A program made the position numbers and the translations under genes. Of a stretch of 64,000 nucleotides of DNA, positions 1 to 9,488 are shown one piece after another. Within the stretch, counting starts at the first letter, position 1; each line of letters starts with the position of its first letter. The notes under the pieces are model-generated. The model was given only the letters and a program-made list of their open reading frames with translations, was not told the origin of the DNA and made no database searches. Origin of the DNA: an uncultured delta proteobacterium (lineage in GTDB: Bacteria; Myxococcota; Kuafuiibacteriia; Kuafuiibacteriales; Kuafuiibacteriaceae); assembly GCA_963803435.1 (NCBI GenBank), contig CAWDML010000003.1, positions 288,001 to 352,000 of the forward strand, written 5' to 3'.

Positions 1-902
1 GCCGATGATCGGCCGCTCGCACGGGATCCACGCCGAGCCGATCACGTTCGGGATGGTGCTGGCCTCGTGGTACGCCGAGCTCACGCGAAGCCAGCGCCGG
101 CTTCAGGCCGTGCGCCGCGAGATTCGCGGTCGGCAAGCTCTCCGGAGCGGTGGGTACCAACGCGCACCTTCCGGCCGAGGTGGAGTCGAAGACGCTGGCG
201 AAGCTCGGCCTCGCAGTCGAGACGGTGTCGACGCAGGTGGTCGCCCGCGATCGTCACGCGCAGCTCTTCGGGACGCTCGCCACGCTGGCGGCCTCGCTCG
301 AGCGCTTCGCCGTGGAGCTCCGTCACCTCCAGCGGACGGAGGTTCGCGAGGTCGAGGAGCCGTTCGGGCAGGGCCAGAAGGGCTCGAGCGCGATGCCACA
401 CAAGCGCAACCCTATCCTCTCGGAGAACGTGACCGGCCTGGCCCGGCTGGTTCGAGGGTGGGCGGTGGCGGCGTACGAAGACGTGGCCCTGTGGCACGAG
501 CGGGACATCTCACACTCGTCGGTGGAGCGGGTGATCGGACCGGACGCGACCGCGACGATCGTGTTCATGCTGCGGCGGATGAAGCGGATCGTCGAGGGCA
601 TGGTCGTCCATCCCGAGCGCATGAAGGCGAACCTGGAGCTGATGAACGGGCTGGTCTTCTCGCAGGCGGTGCTGCTGGCGCTGACCTCCCGGGGGCTCGA
701 ACGGCAGCAGGCGTACGTGATGGTGCAGCGCGCGGCGATGCGGGTCTGGGACGAGGGGATCGATCTCAAGAGCGCGCTGCTCTCGGACCCTGAGATCCCG
801 CGCCAGCTGGATCTGGCGGCGCTCGACCGCTGCTTCGATCTCGACTACCAGCTCCGCGCCGTCCCCGACATCGTGGCGCGGGCCCTGGCCGAAACGCCCT
901 GA
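1..902 (+). CDS. purB: Adenylosuccinate lyase (5' partial; apparent +1 frameshift near 123)
   Basis: [16 protein letters not shown] in the 5..793 frame joins GKLSGAVGT...[11 protein letters not shown] (fumarate-lyase signature) and [14 protein letters not shown] in the 150..902 frame. Removing one T from gagattcgcggtc restores [12 protein letters not shown]. Confidence 0.93.
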
Positions 903-904
903 GC

Positions 905-1726
905 TCAGGTCCCCGCCTCCAGCGCCTTCGGTGCCTCCGGCTGCCGCATGGTGAAATAGGCGAGCGCGGTCGCCAGGCGACGCGGAGTGAAACGGATCGA
1001 CCAGGCCGCCAGCGCATTCGCGAAGCCGGGGACGATCGAGGCCCGCCGTTTCAGCAGGGCGCGAATCCCGATCCGCGCCACCTCGGGGCTCTTCATCATG
1101 AACAGCCGCTGGTACAGCGTCGCCTTCTGGCCGGACACCTCCAGGAACTCGGTGGCCGTGACGCCGGGTGAGACCACCGTGCAGCTGACGCCGGTGCCCT
1201 TGAGCTCGTAGTTGAGCGCCTCGCCGTAGCTGAGGACGAACGCCTTGGCGGCCGAGTAGGCGGCATAGGTGGGGGTCGGCTGGTACGCGCCGACCGAGGA
1301 GACCTGGAGGATGCGGCCGAAGCCGCGCTCGCGCATGCCGCGGGCGAAGAGCTTCGAGAGCTCGACCAGCGTGAGGATGTCGAGCTCGAGCATGGCGCGC
1401 TCGCGGTCCCAGGGGAGGTCGACCGCATTGCCGTAGAGGCCGAAGCCGGCGTTGTTCACCAGGACATCAATCGCGCGGCCGCGCTCACCGACCACCTCTC
1501 GGTGGAGCTGGGCCGGACCGTCGGCGGTGCCGAGATCCAGGGCGATGACGTCGACCTCCACTCCGTGCTGCGATTGGAGCTCCTCGCCGACTGCGGTGAG
1601 GCGGTCCTCGCGCCTTGCCACGAGCACCAGGTTCGCACCCCGGGCGGCGAGCTCCCGCGCGAAGTCGACCCCGAGCCCGCTCGAGGCTCCCGTCACCAGC
1701 GCCCATCTTCCACTCAGCTCTTTCAT
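905..1726 (-). CDS. Short-chain dehydrogenase/reductase (SDR)
   Basis: TGASSGLG cofactor motif, VNNAG and the YSAAK catalytic motif; GGAG-type RBS upstream. Confidence 0.92.
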   Translation of the reverse strand: MKELSGRWALVTGASSGLGVDFARELAARGANLVLVARREDRLTAVGEELQSQHGVEVDVIALDLGTADGPAQLHREVVGERGRAIDVLVNNAGFGLYGNAVDLPWDRERAMLELDILTLVELSKLFARGMRERGFGRILQVSSVGAYQPTPTYAAYSAAKAFVLSYGEALNYELKGTGVSCTVVSPGVTATEFLEVSGQKATLYQRLFMMKSPEVARIGIRALLKRRASIVPGFANALAAWSIRFTPRRLATALAYFTMRQPEAPKALEAGT

Positions 1727-1737
1727 GCGTCTCCTTT

Positions 1738-1825
1738 ATGACCTTGGGTCATTTAATTAATGACCGAAGGTCATATGTCAAGCTTGACTTGCGCGGCTGA
1801 ACACCTGGATAGTGACCTCGGGTCA
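1738..1825. promoter_or_regulatory. Three TGACC-N3-GGTCA palindromes, putative TetR operators, in the divergent SDR/tetR region
   Basis: ATGACCttgGGTCAT (1738-1752), ATGACCgaaGGTCAT (1760-1774) separated by AT-rich TTAATTA, and TGACCtcgGGTCA (1813-1825) at the tetR start. Confidence 0.8.
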
Positions 1826-2462
1826 GATGCAGAGAGCGAGAAAGGCCGAAGATAGGGCATTTCGGCGAGAAGCGCTGCTGGACGCGGCTCGTGCGCTGTT
1901 CGCCACCTCACGGTATCGCGACGTGAAGATGGTCGACGTGGCGCGTCTGGCGGAGGTGGCGAAGGGGACCGTGTTCCTGTACTTCCCGACCAAGGAGTCG
2001 CTGTTCCTGGCGCTCTTCGAGGACGAGCTGGTCCGGTGGGCCGACGATCTCGCGAGCGCGCTCTCCCGGACGCGGAGCCGGTCGCCGTCCGGAATCGCCT
2101 CGATCATCGTGGCCAGCCTGAAGGGGCGGGATGCCTTCACGCGCTTGCTGCCGCTGGTCGATCACGTGCTGGAGGAGAACGTGGCGGTCGAGCAGATCAT
2201 CGCGCTCAAGACGAACGTGGTGCGAAAGATGCTGCCGCTGGCGGCGATCGTGGAAGAGCGGCTCGAGCTGTCGCCCAGGAGCGGCGGTCCGTTGCTCCTC
2301 GAGATCTACGCGATGCTCCTCGGCCTGGTGCAGCTCTCCGATCCGTGCCCGGCCGCGCGGGCGGCGCTCGAGCAGCCGCACCTCGCACCGCTGGTGCTCT
2401 CGCTCGAGGCCGCGCTGGGGCCGGCGCTGACGCGACTCCTCAAGGGCGCCTCGGATGGCTAG
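1812..2462 (+). CDS. TetR/AcrR family transcriptional regulator (start may be ATG 1827)
   Basis: N-terminal HTH VKMVDVARLAEVAKGTVFLYFPTKESLF; divergent from the SDR gene. Confidence 0.92.
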   Translation: MTSGQMQRARKAEDRAFRREALLDAARALFATSRYRDVKMVDVARLAEVAKGTVFLYFPTKESLFLALFEDELVRWADDLASALSRTRSRSPSGIASIIVASLKGRDAFTRLLPLVDHVLEENVAVEQIIALKTNVVRKMLPLAAIVEERLELSPRSGGPLLLEIYAMLLGLVQLSDPCPAARAALEQPHLAPLVLSLEAALGPALTRLLKGASDG

Positions 2463-2545
2463 ATCATCCACGATCACGACTCCAACCGCCGAGCTCCAGC
2501 GTCCGCCGAAGCGACGTGAACCATTCCCTGAGTCGAGGTACGAGA

Positions 2546-3187
2546 TCAGATCTCGAGGCGCAGGCCGAGACCCAGGCGCAGGAAGCCGAGGTCGGCCGCG
2601 TTGCCCCGCTGTTGGCCGCGGGCCAGCGGTGGGGTGGTTCCGTCGAGGGTGGCGTACACACCCAGCCAGGCGAGGAGGTCGAGCGTGGTCGCCAGGCCGG
2701 CCGCGAAGGACAGGCCGTCGCTGTGGAGCGACCGGCCCGAGGACGGGTCGCAGGTGGCGCGGCAGGGCGCGAGGAACGGCGTGTATTCGAAGCGGCGGAT
2801 CAGGGCGATGCCGGTGCCCGCGTGTCCTTCGATCGTGAACCGCGCGAAGCGTATCCGCGCGCCGAACACCAGGTGGAGCTGGGTCTGCTCGCCGATGGTC
2901 TGGTAGCCCGGCTCCTCGGAGCGCTCGCGCGTGCGAGCCCAGTGGAACGTGAGGCCCCAGTAGAACGGATTGAAGAGGAGGCACACGTCACCAGCCGGCC
3001 CGTACCAGACCGAACCGTCCGAGCCGATCGCCAGCTCGGCGCGGCTCCCAACGCGGAGGAAGTCATGCGTGGGCGTCGCGTGCGCTCGAGCCTCGGCGGC
3101 CACGGCCGGATGGTGGGCCACCTGCGGCGGCTGGAAGACGGGCCGGGGTGGGACCGCCAGGAGGAGACCGAGGAGCGCGGGGCTCAC
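2546..3187 (-). CDS. Hypothetical exported protein, possible small outer-membrane beta-barrel
   Basis: GTG start overlaps the upstream TGA (GTGA). Signal-like VSPALLGLLLA, amphipathic strands, and C-terminal LRLGLGLRLEI. This is the 3' part of track ORF 2546..3907. Confidence 0.6.
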   Translation of the reverse strand: MSPALLGLLLAVPPRPVFQPPQVAHHPAVAAEARAHATPTHDFLRVGSRAELAIGSDGSVWYGPAGDVCLLFNPFYWGLTFHWARTRERSEEPGYQTIGEQTQLHLVFGARIRFARFTIEGHAGTGIALIRRFEYTPFLAPCRATCDPSSGRSLHSDGLSFAAGLATTLDLLAWLGVYATLDGTTPPLARGQQRGNAADLGFLRLGLGLRLEI

Positions 3188-5049
3188 AGCGACTCCAGGT
3201 AGCTCTCGAGATCCGAGAGCTCGGCTTCGGAGAGGCGGGAGGTGTCGCCCATGACGCCGCTCCTCGACAGCTCCAGCACGCCGTGGAGCGTGGCGACCGA
3301 GCCGTCGTGGAAGTAGGGCGCGCTCGCGGAGACGCCGACGAGGCTGGGGGTCTGCGCACCCTCGAGGCCCAGCATGTCGTGGAAGCCGTTGTCGGTGAGC
3401 GCGGGCCCGCCATGGCAGCCGGCACAGCCGACGTCGGGGCGATGGAAGAGCTCGTCGCCGCGCTGGACCCCCGCGTCGAGGCTCCCGCGCCGGCGGGTGT
3501 CGGGCGAGGGGACGGTGTCGAGGAAATCGGAGACCTGGTCGGCCTCGGACTCGGTCAGACCAGCGCCGCCGCTCATGCCTCGGCTGGTGAAGATCGCGTT
3601 TTCGCGCACCGTGGCGCGCTCGCCCTGCCAGCGGTAGGGCGCCGTCAGCGCCAGCTCGCCGGCCAGCGAGGGCGTCTGGCGCAGGCCCTTGGCGAACGTC
3701 CAGGTGATGCCGTCGTCGCGGCCGCCGAAGTGGCAGAGTGCGCAGGACAGGCCGTTCGAGGTGACGCGCGGATCGACGCCCTCGTAGAAGCTCCGAAGAC
3801 CGGCCGCGAGCTCGGGGGCGAGCCGCGAGGGCGCCACCTCGAGGCCCGGCTCGGCGGAGCTGAGCTCGAGCTCCCGCATCCCGAGGCTCTCCTTCGACGG
3901 CATCCACTCGGCCGGTGCGACGCGGACCAGCGTTCGATCGAGGAAGCAGTAGACGACGGCCTCGTCGGGGCTGATGAACGCGGCGGCGGTGGGTCCGGCG
4001 TCGACGTGGAGCCCGCGGACCGGGCGGGGATCGAAGCCGACGTGGGCGGTGCCCTCGAAGAGCGACCAGCGCGTTCCGTCGTTGGGTGCTCGGCGCTCGG
4101 CGACGCTGGCCTCGGGGCGCGGATCCGCGACGACGATCGCGTGCCCGGTCTCCAGCGGCACCAGCAGCGCGTCGCCCGTCGGTGAGACCACGGCGGCGGC
4201 GGGATAGCCGGAAGCCGCGCCGCTGTACACGCCGATGACGGCGGTCTGGTCGGTGCGGGGCTGGCCGCCCGCGTCGAGCGCCACCACCACAATCGAGGGC
4301 TCGAGGTTGGTGTGGACGGAGTAGTAGTAGTCGCCCTCGGTGAAGTCGAGGATCGGCGTGACGTTGTCAGCGAAGTAGCCGGGGAGCAGGAGCTCCTGCC
4401 CGTCGGGGGTGACGGTGGGATCCCCGCTCAAGCGACGGACGAAGCGGATACGCTCCGAGCCGAGGTCGTAGCCGGACAGCCGCTCGGGGAGCGCGATCGG
4501 CTGGGCGGCCGACCTGCCGGCGGCCAGGTCGATGGTGTAGGCCGCGCCGTCGCGCGCCGAAGCGACGTAGAGCGTGCTTCCGCTGGGATGGATCGCGAGC
4601 CAGCGCGGCTCACCGGGCACCCACCATCGGCGGAGCGGGACCAGCGCGCGCGCGTCGATCTCGATGATCTCCTCGCCGAGCGCGGCGGCGACATAGACGC
4701 GATCGCCGAGGGCGACGATGCCGAAGGGCTCGGCCGAGGTGGGAATGTCTCCGAGGCTGGCGAGCGTGGGATCGAGGACCTCGACGGCCCGCGCGTTGCG
4801 CAGGGTGACGAAGAGTCGGCCGTGCGCGCGGGCGATCCGGGTGGGCTCTCCCGCGAGGGCGCGCTCGAGCACTGCGCCCGTGTCGAGGTTGACGGCGGCC
4901 ACCGTGCCCTCGATGGGATCGACGGCGTAGACCGTCCGGCCGTCTTCGGCGGCCACCAGCGCCTGGCTCCCGTACGGGCCGCCCTCGGTCGGGATCTCGT
5001 TCGACCCGCAGGCGGCCAGGATCAGCAGCAGACTCGTCCGTTGATGCAT
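3184..5049 (-). CDS. Lipoprotein with YVTN/YncE-like beta-propeller and di-heme cytochrome c peroxidase/MauG-like domain
   Basis: Lipobox LAAC; propeller repeats; two CxxCH motifs (CALCH, CAGCH); TPSL and APYFHDGS motifs. Confidence 0.8.
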   Translation of the reverse strand: MHQRTSLLLILAACGSNEIPTEGGPYGSQALVAAEDGRTVYAVDPIEGTVAAVNLDTGAVLERALAGEPTRIARAHGRLFVTLRNARAVEVLDPTLASLGDIPTSAEPFGIVALGDRVYVAAALGEEIIEIDARALVPLRRWWVPGEPRWLAIHPSGSTLYVASARDGAAYTIDLAAGRSAAQPIALPERLSGYDLGSERIRFVRRLSGDPTVTPDGQELLLPGYFADNVTPILDFTEGDYYYSVHTNLEPSIVVVALDAGGQPRTDQTAVIGVYSGAASGYPAAAVVSPTGDALLVPLETGHAIVVADPRPEASVAERRAPNDGTRWSLFEGTAHVGFDPRPVRGLHVDAGPTAAAFISPDEAVVYCFLDRTLVRVAPAEWMPSKESLGMRELELSSAEPGLEVAPSRLAPELAAGLRSFYEGVDPRVTSNGLSCALCHFGGRDDGITWTFAKGLRQTPSLAGELALTAPYRWQGERATVRENAIFTSRGMSGGAGLTESEADQVSDFLDTVPSPDTRRRGSLDAGVQRGDELFHRPDVGCAGCHGGPALTDNGFHDMLGLEGAQTPSLVGVSASAPYFHDGSVATLHGVLELSRSGVMGDTSRLSEAELSDLESYLESL

Positions 5050-5109
5050 GCGTGTGCCTCCGCGGGATGAGTGGCGGGAGGGCGGTGAACCTTACGAGTG
5101 TTTCGCGGG

Positions 5110-6417
5110 TCAGTTCTGAAACGGATCGTCGCCGTCGAGGAGCGCGGAGAGGCCGTAGGAGGCGCCGCCGAGGGCCAGGCCGGCCACCAGCTGGATCCAG
5201 GGGAAGTCGTCGTCCTCACCGATGAAGAGCGTGCCGAGCGACCAGGCCAGCCCGGCGACGGCGAGGCTGTAGCCGAGCGGCGCGAAGAGCACCGAGCCCC
5301 GGTTGACGTCGTCGTCGAACGTGGGCGCACGCCCGGGCCGATAGCCCCCGAGCTTCGTGAACTGCGAGTTGCTGCAGCCCGTCTCCATGCCCTCGAGGGT
5401 GGGACAGTAGGTCTTCACGCTGCCGTCCGCGGTCGCCAGGGCGGCTCCGGCGATGGCTGCGCCCGCGACGGCCACCGCCGCGCCGCCCCACAAGAGTCCC
5501 TGTCGGAACGCGGTGGTGACCGGCGAGCCGCTCTCGATCAGCTGGACCGAGAGGCGCGTGGGCTTGCCGCGCTCGACGTCCACCTTGGTCTCGTAGGTGC
5601 GATACGCGGGGTGCTCGAAGTGGAGGAGGTGGCTGCCGGCCGGCACGTTGAGCACGCGGGTCACGCCGCTCGCGGTGGTCCCGATGGCTGTGCCGTCCAC
5701 GGATACCCCGGCGCCGGCGACGGTGGTCTCGATCTCGACGGACCCGTACGGCTCCCAGTCGCCGCTGTCGTTGAGGTGGCGCCGCAGCTCGGTCATGAAC
5801 CAGTCCTCGAGGAAGTGCTGCGCCTCCTCCTCGCTCTTGAGATCGTGCTCGACCGGCTTGCCGATCAACGCGTACTCGTTGATCCGAGCCTCGGTGGCGC
5901 GCTCCCATCCCGGCCGCTCGCGGAGCGCCTCGTGGTAGTACTCGAGCGCGATATCCGTATCGATCATCGTGATCGACAGTCGATCGGACTCGTCGAGGGT
6001 GAGGTTCGAGAGCACCAGGAGATAGGGCGCGTAGACGATCTTCTTCTTCTTCAGATACGCGAGATGCTCGTCGAACGGCGCGATGGTGCCGTTGGGGAGG
6101 AGGTACACCGCGCGGTTGTAGTCGGTGCGCACCTGCTGAACCATGCACCCGAGCTGGCCTTTGCACTCGGCGACGGCGAGCGGATCGACGATCTCGAGCT
6201 CGAAGTCGGTATGCTTCGCGAACAGCTCCGAGGCGATCCGGATGATCTCGGAGCTCGACGTGTTCGCGACGTTGCCGCTGGGCGTGATCAGCAGGAAGGC
6301 GAGGGGCTTGCGATTGCTGGGGAGGATCAGATCGTTGCCGCCCGGACCCTCCCCGGCGCGGGCGGTCGCGGCCAGAGGGACGAGGAGCGCCAGCACGAGG
6401 GCGGAGAGGGCGCGCAT
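5110..6417 (-). CDS. PEGA domain-containing membrane protein
   Basis: Signal peptide; PEGA-like segment GSVEIETTVAGAGVSVDG...VPAGSHLLHFEHPAY; C-terminal TM helices. Confidence 0.75.
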   Translation of the reverse strand: MRALSALVLALLVPLAATARAGEGPGGNDLILPSNRKPLAFLLITPSGNVANTSSSEIIRIASELFAKHTDFELEIVDPLAVAECKGQLGCMVQQVRTDYNRAVYLLPNGTIAPFDEHLAYLKKKKIVYAPYLLVLSNLTLDESDRLSITMIDTDIALEYYHEALRERPGWERATEARINEYALIGKPVEHDLKSEEEAQHFLEDWFMTELRRHLNDSGDWEPYGSVEIETTVAGAGVSVDGTAIGTTASGVTRVLNVPAGSHLLHFEHPAYRTYETKVDVERGKPTRLSVQLIESGSPVTTAFRQGLLWGGAAVAVAGAAIAGAALATADGSVKTYCPTLEGMETGCSNSQFTKLGGYRPGRAPTFDDDVNRGSVLFAPLGYSLAVAGLAWSLGTLFIGEDDDFPWIQLVAGLALGGASYGLSALLDGDDPFQN

Positions 6418-6443
6418 CCGCGCAGAATCCTAGTGCAGGCGGG

Positions 6444-7385
6444 TCACTCGGGGAAGCGGACGCCGTGGAGCTTTCGCGTGGCCAGGATCGTCTGGAGCTC
6501 GACGATCCGACCGGCGGCGTCGAGCTCGAGCCGGAAGGCCATCCGGGTCGCCTCGCTGGGAAGGCCCGGCTCCATCACGGCCAGGACCGCGGGGAACCCG
6601 TTGAGCTGGCGCAGGTCGAACCAGAGGGGTGAGCCGCGGCGCGCGGCCAGGTTGCGGAAGAGCTTGAGCACCCTCCCGCGTCCCACCACGGTGATCTTGG
6701 CCGCCATGAACTCGCCGCCGCCGTCGGAGGTCGCGCGCACGTCGTCGGCGAGGAGGCGCTCGAGGCCCGCGACGTCGTCGCTCTGCAACAGCGTGAAGAA
6801 CCGGGTGAGCGCCTCGAAGTGCGCGAGCCGCTCGGCCTCGGTCGGTACGGAGCGGCGCCGGTCGTAGGACTCCATCTCCTTCTTCGCGCGGTGGAGCGTC
6901 GTCTTGATGTTGGCCTCGGAGAGATCGAGCGCGACGCTGGTCTCCTTGACGGAGTAGCCGAAGACCTCGCGGAGCAGGAGGACCGCTCGCTTGGTGGGGG
7001 TGAGCGCCTCGAGCGCGAGGAGGAACGCGAAGGAGACGCTCTCCATCAGGTCGTAGCGCGCCTCGGTGCTGGCGCCGTCGGACATGATCGCCTCGACCGA
7101 GGGTTGAGGCTCCGCGCCGGTCTCGAGCAGGCCCGGCAGCCAGGTCCCGTGGTAGCCCCGGCGCCGGCGGCGGCGGAGGAGATCGCGGCTGAGGTTGATC
7201 GCGACCTTCACCAGCCAGGGCGCGAGCGGCGCGTCGAGCCGGGCCGGGGGACGCTCGAGGGCGCGCGCGAACGTGTCCTGCACCAGATCGTCGGCGTCGG
7301 CGGCGCTCCCGGTCATGCGATAGCAGAGCGCCCAGATGGCCCGGTGGTGGGCCTGGTACGCCTCCCGATAGAGCTCCGTCGTCAT
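6444..7385 (-). CDS. ECF sigma factor with SnoaL-like C-terminal extension (ECF41/SigJ-like)
   Basis: YRMTGSAADADDLVQDTF (region 2), WLPG linker motif, RAVLLLREVFGYS (region 4), and SDGGG motif. The ATG overlaps the stop of the upstream oxidoreductase. Confidence 0.88.
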   Translation of the reverse strand: MTTELYREAYQAHHRAIWALCYRMTGSAADADDLVQDTFARALERPPARLDAPLAPWLVKVAINLSRDLLRRRRRRGYHGTWLPGLLETGAEPQPSVEAIMSDGASTEARYDLMESVSFAFLLALEALTPTKRAVLLLREVFGYSVKETSVALDLSEANIKTTLHRAKKEMESYDRRRSVPTEAERLAHFEALTRFFTLLQSDDVAGLERLLADDVRATSDGGGEFMAAKITVVGRGRVLKLFRNLAARRGSPLWFDLRQLNGFPAVLAVMEPGLPSEATRMAFRLELDAAGRIVELQTILATRKLHGVRFPE

Positions 7386-8659
7386 GCGGCTTTGACCGAG
7401 ACGCGCGCCGCAATCGCGTGCGCCGCGCCACGGGCCGACGCGAGCGACGCGTCGGCGAGGAAGCCCGAGTCTCCCACCCAGTCGCCCGCGACGAACAGGC
7501 CGTCGACCTCTGGCACCGCCACCGGCGGCCGACGCTCGCCGGGAACGACCAGCGCGTGCGCGACGGTGATGCTCGGGAGGTGCTGCTTCTTCACCAGGTG
7601 GTCGCGCCAGCCCGGCTGGAGGCGGTCGAGGTGGGCCTCGAGCTCGGCCTCGTGGGCCTTCGCATCGTGCGCGTCCTCGGGTGTCAGGTAGAGCATCGCG
7701 CTCACCAGTGAGCCGCCCGCGGGCGCGACGTCCGCGCTGTCGGAGGCGACGGAGAAGTACGTCGGGCGATCGAGGCCGCACACGAACTTGACCTTGGGAT
7801 TGATCCGGCAGTCGAGGGCGACGTCGAGCACGGCCGCCTTGATCGGGACGGCCCGCGCGGCGAACGCGGCGAGGCTGTCCGAGCCGGATAGACGGGCGGC
7901 GATGTCCGGCCCGCCGGCGGCGATCAGGACGGCGCGGGCGGCGATCGTCTCGCCGCCGGCGATCAGGCCTGCGACGTGACCGTTCTCGGTGGAGATCGCC
8001 TCGACGCGCGCGCCGCGGACAATCTCGACACCGGCGGCGGTGGCCGCGGCTTCCAGGCCGTCGACGATCGAGCGCCAGCCTCCGTCGACGTAGGTCACGC
8101 CGTCGAACGCGGCGGTCTTGAGCTGGTCGGCCGCCACCGCCGCCGAGAGGCGATCCTGCGCGGCCGTATAGGTCGCCACGCGGGTGATCGCGGCGATCAC
8201 CCGGCGCGCGTGGAGGTCCTTGATCGTGGCGAGCCACTCGGTCGTCGATCGACCCTCGAGCGTCCGGGGGTCGAGCGCGAGGAGAGAGGTCATGACGCGG
8301 GCCAGCTCGACCTTTCCCCCCAGGTCGAGCGCGCCGGTGGTCAGGAGAGACACGAAGCCGCCCGGGAGCGCGTGGAGCTGCTCGCCATCGAGTGCGTACG
8401 AGCCTGCCGCGGAGACACGGTGCCCCGGGATCGGGATCGCCAGCTCTTGCAGGAACTGCTCGCCGGCCTTCTTGCGGTAGAGGGCGTGCGGGCCGACGTT
8501 GAAGGCGTAGCCCGCCTCGCGATCGGTGCGGGCGCGACCCCCGAGCCCGTCCGAGCGCTCGAACACCGCGCAGGTGGAGCCCAGGCGGGCCAGCTGGGTT
8601 GCGGCGGCCAGGCCCGCCAGCCCGCCCCCGATGATCGCTGTGTCGTAGGACCTTTTCAT
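7382..8659 (-). CDS. FAD-dependent oxidoreductase (phytoene dehydrogenase-like)
   Basis: IIGGGLAGL...ERSDGLGGRART Rossmann motif; C-terminal LFVAGDW; GGAGG RBS. Confidence 0.85.
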   Translation of the reverse strand: MKRSYDTAIIGGGLAGLAAATQLARLGSTCAVFERSDGLGGRARTDREAGYAFNVGPHALYRKKAGEQFLQELAIPIPGHRVSAAGSYALDGEQLHALPGGFVSLLTTGALDLGGKVELARVMTSLLALDPRTLEGRSTTEWLATIKDLHARRVIAAITRVATYTAAQDRLSAAVAADQLKTAAFDGVTYVDGGWRSIVDGLEAAATAAGVEIVRGARVEAISTENGHVAGLIAGGETIAARAVLIAAGGPDIAARLSGSDSLAAFAARAVPIKAAVLDVALDCRINPKVKFVCGLDRPTYFSVASDSADVAPAGGSLVSAMLYLTPEDAHDAKAHEAELEAHLDRLQPGWRDHLVKKQHLPSITVAHALVVPGERRPPVAVPEVDGLFVAGDWVGDSGFLADASLASARGAAHAIAARVSVKAA

Positions 8660-8678
8660 TCGAACCCTCCGACGGCTC

Positions 8679-8704
8679 CACGCCTCGGGGCGGCGAGAGG
8701 TTAC
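8679..8704 (-). promoter_or_regulatory. Candidate ECF promoter GTAACC-N16-CGTG upstream of the oxidoreductase-sigma operon
   Basis: Read on the minus strand; spacing and an AAC/CGT core are typical of ECF promoters, but the match to the ECF41 consensus is imperfect. Confidence 0.35.
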
Positions 8705-8735
8705 GGCCCGCCGAAGAATCGTAAAAGTGCCGCGC

Positions 8736-9488
8736 TCACGGGAGCTTGAACGCCGTGGCATCGACGCTCTTGAGGGCCCGCGTCTCCTCGAAGGAGATGT
8801 GGTGGCCGCTCTTCTCGTCGACATGGTCGTGGGCCAGCACCAGCGGGCCGACCGGATGGTAATCCTCGAAGGTGACGCCCTCGATCTCCTTTTCACCCTC
8901 GAGCAGCATCTCCCAGCGGACGATCCGGTCGGCCTCGGTGTTGACGTACAGCCAGTAGGTGTCGCCCGGCGTGAGGCCGACGCGATCGAAGCTGATCTTG
9001 AGCACCTGGTGGGACTCGCCCTTCCACTCGCGAGGCGGGAGCACCTCGAGCTTGGTGCCCGGATCGAAGAGCTTGAGCGGTACCATGAACCAGTAGGTGT
9101 CGTTGATGAAGCGACCGTAGGCCTTCTCTGAGAGATCCTTCTGGGCGTCGCCCTCCGCGCGCGCGCCGTCGATCGTGCCCTCGGCGGTGCGCGCACCGGT
9201 GTCGAGCAGGGCGTCGTAGTGCTTGCCGTCCTTGGCGGTCCAGCTGACGCGGTCGCGGCCGTGGACCAGATCCCACTTGTGGTCGGCGGCGAAGAGCCGT
9301 CCGGTCTCGTTGCTGACGACGAAGCGGAAGTCGATCTCGGCGACCTCGTGGAGCTGATCAGCGCCGGCGGCGCGCCCGATCTCCGCGGCCAGGTCGTACG
9401 CGGGCCCGCGGATCATCGACGCGGGCTGGGACGACGGCGTCGGCGGCGGGCTCTTCTGAGCGGCACAACCGCCGCACAGCAGCATCAC
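8736..9488 (-). CDS. Hypothetical lipoprotein
   Basis: GTGA overlap with the upstream gene; LLCGGC lipobox-like start, Pro-rich linker, globular beta-rich body (AYGRFINDTYWFMVPLKLFDPG). Confidence 0.7.
   Translation of the reverse strand: MMLLCGGCAAQKSPPPTPSSQPASMIRGPAYDLAAEIGRAAGADQLHEVAEIDFRFVVSNETGRLFAADHKWDLVHGRDRVSWTAKDGKHYDALLDTGARTAEGTIDGARAEGDAQKDLSEKAYGRFINDTYWFMVPLKLFDPGTKLEVLPPREWKGESHQVLKISFDRVGLTPGDTYWLYVNTEADRIVRWEMLLEGEKEIEGVTFEDYHPVGPLVLAHDHVDEKSGHHISFEETRALKSVDATAFKLP

Noticed and set aside
100-150. Programmed frameshift or pseudogenisation of purB
   Set aside because: There is no slippery sequence, and the single +1 insertion matches the window-wide error pattern.
2463-2545. 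Possible hairpin (CACGAT/CACGAC units; GACTC..GAGTC) between tetR and the barrel-like gene
   Set aside because: Only about 6 bp pair convincingly.
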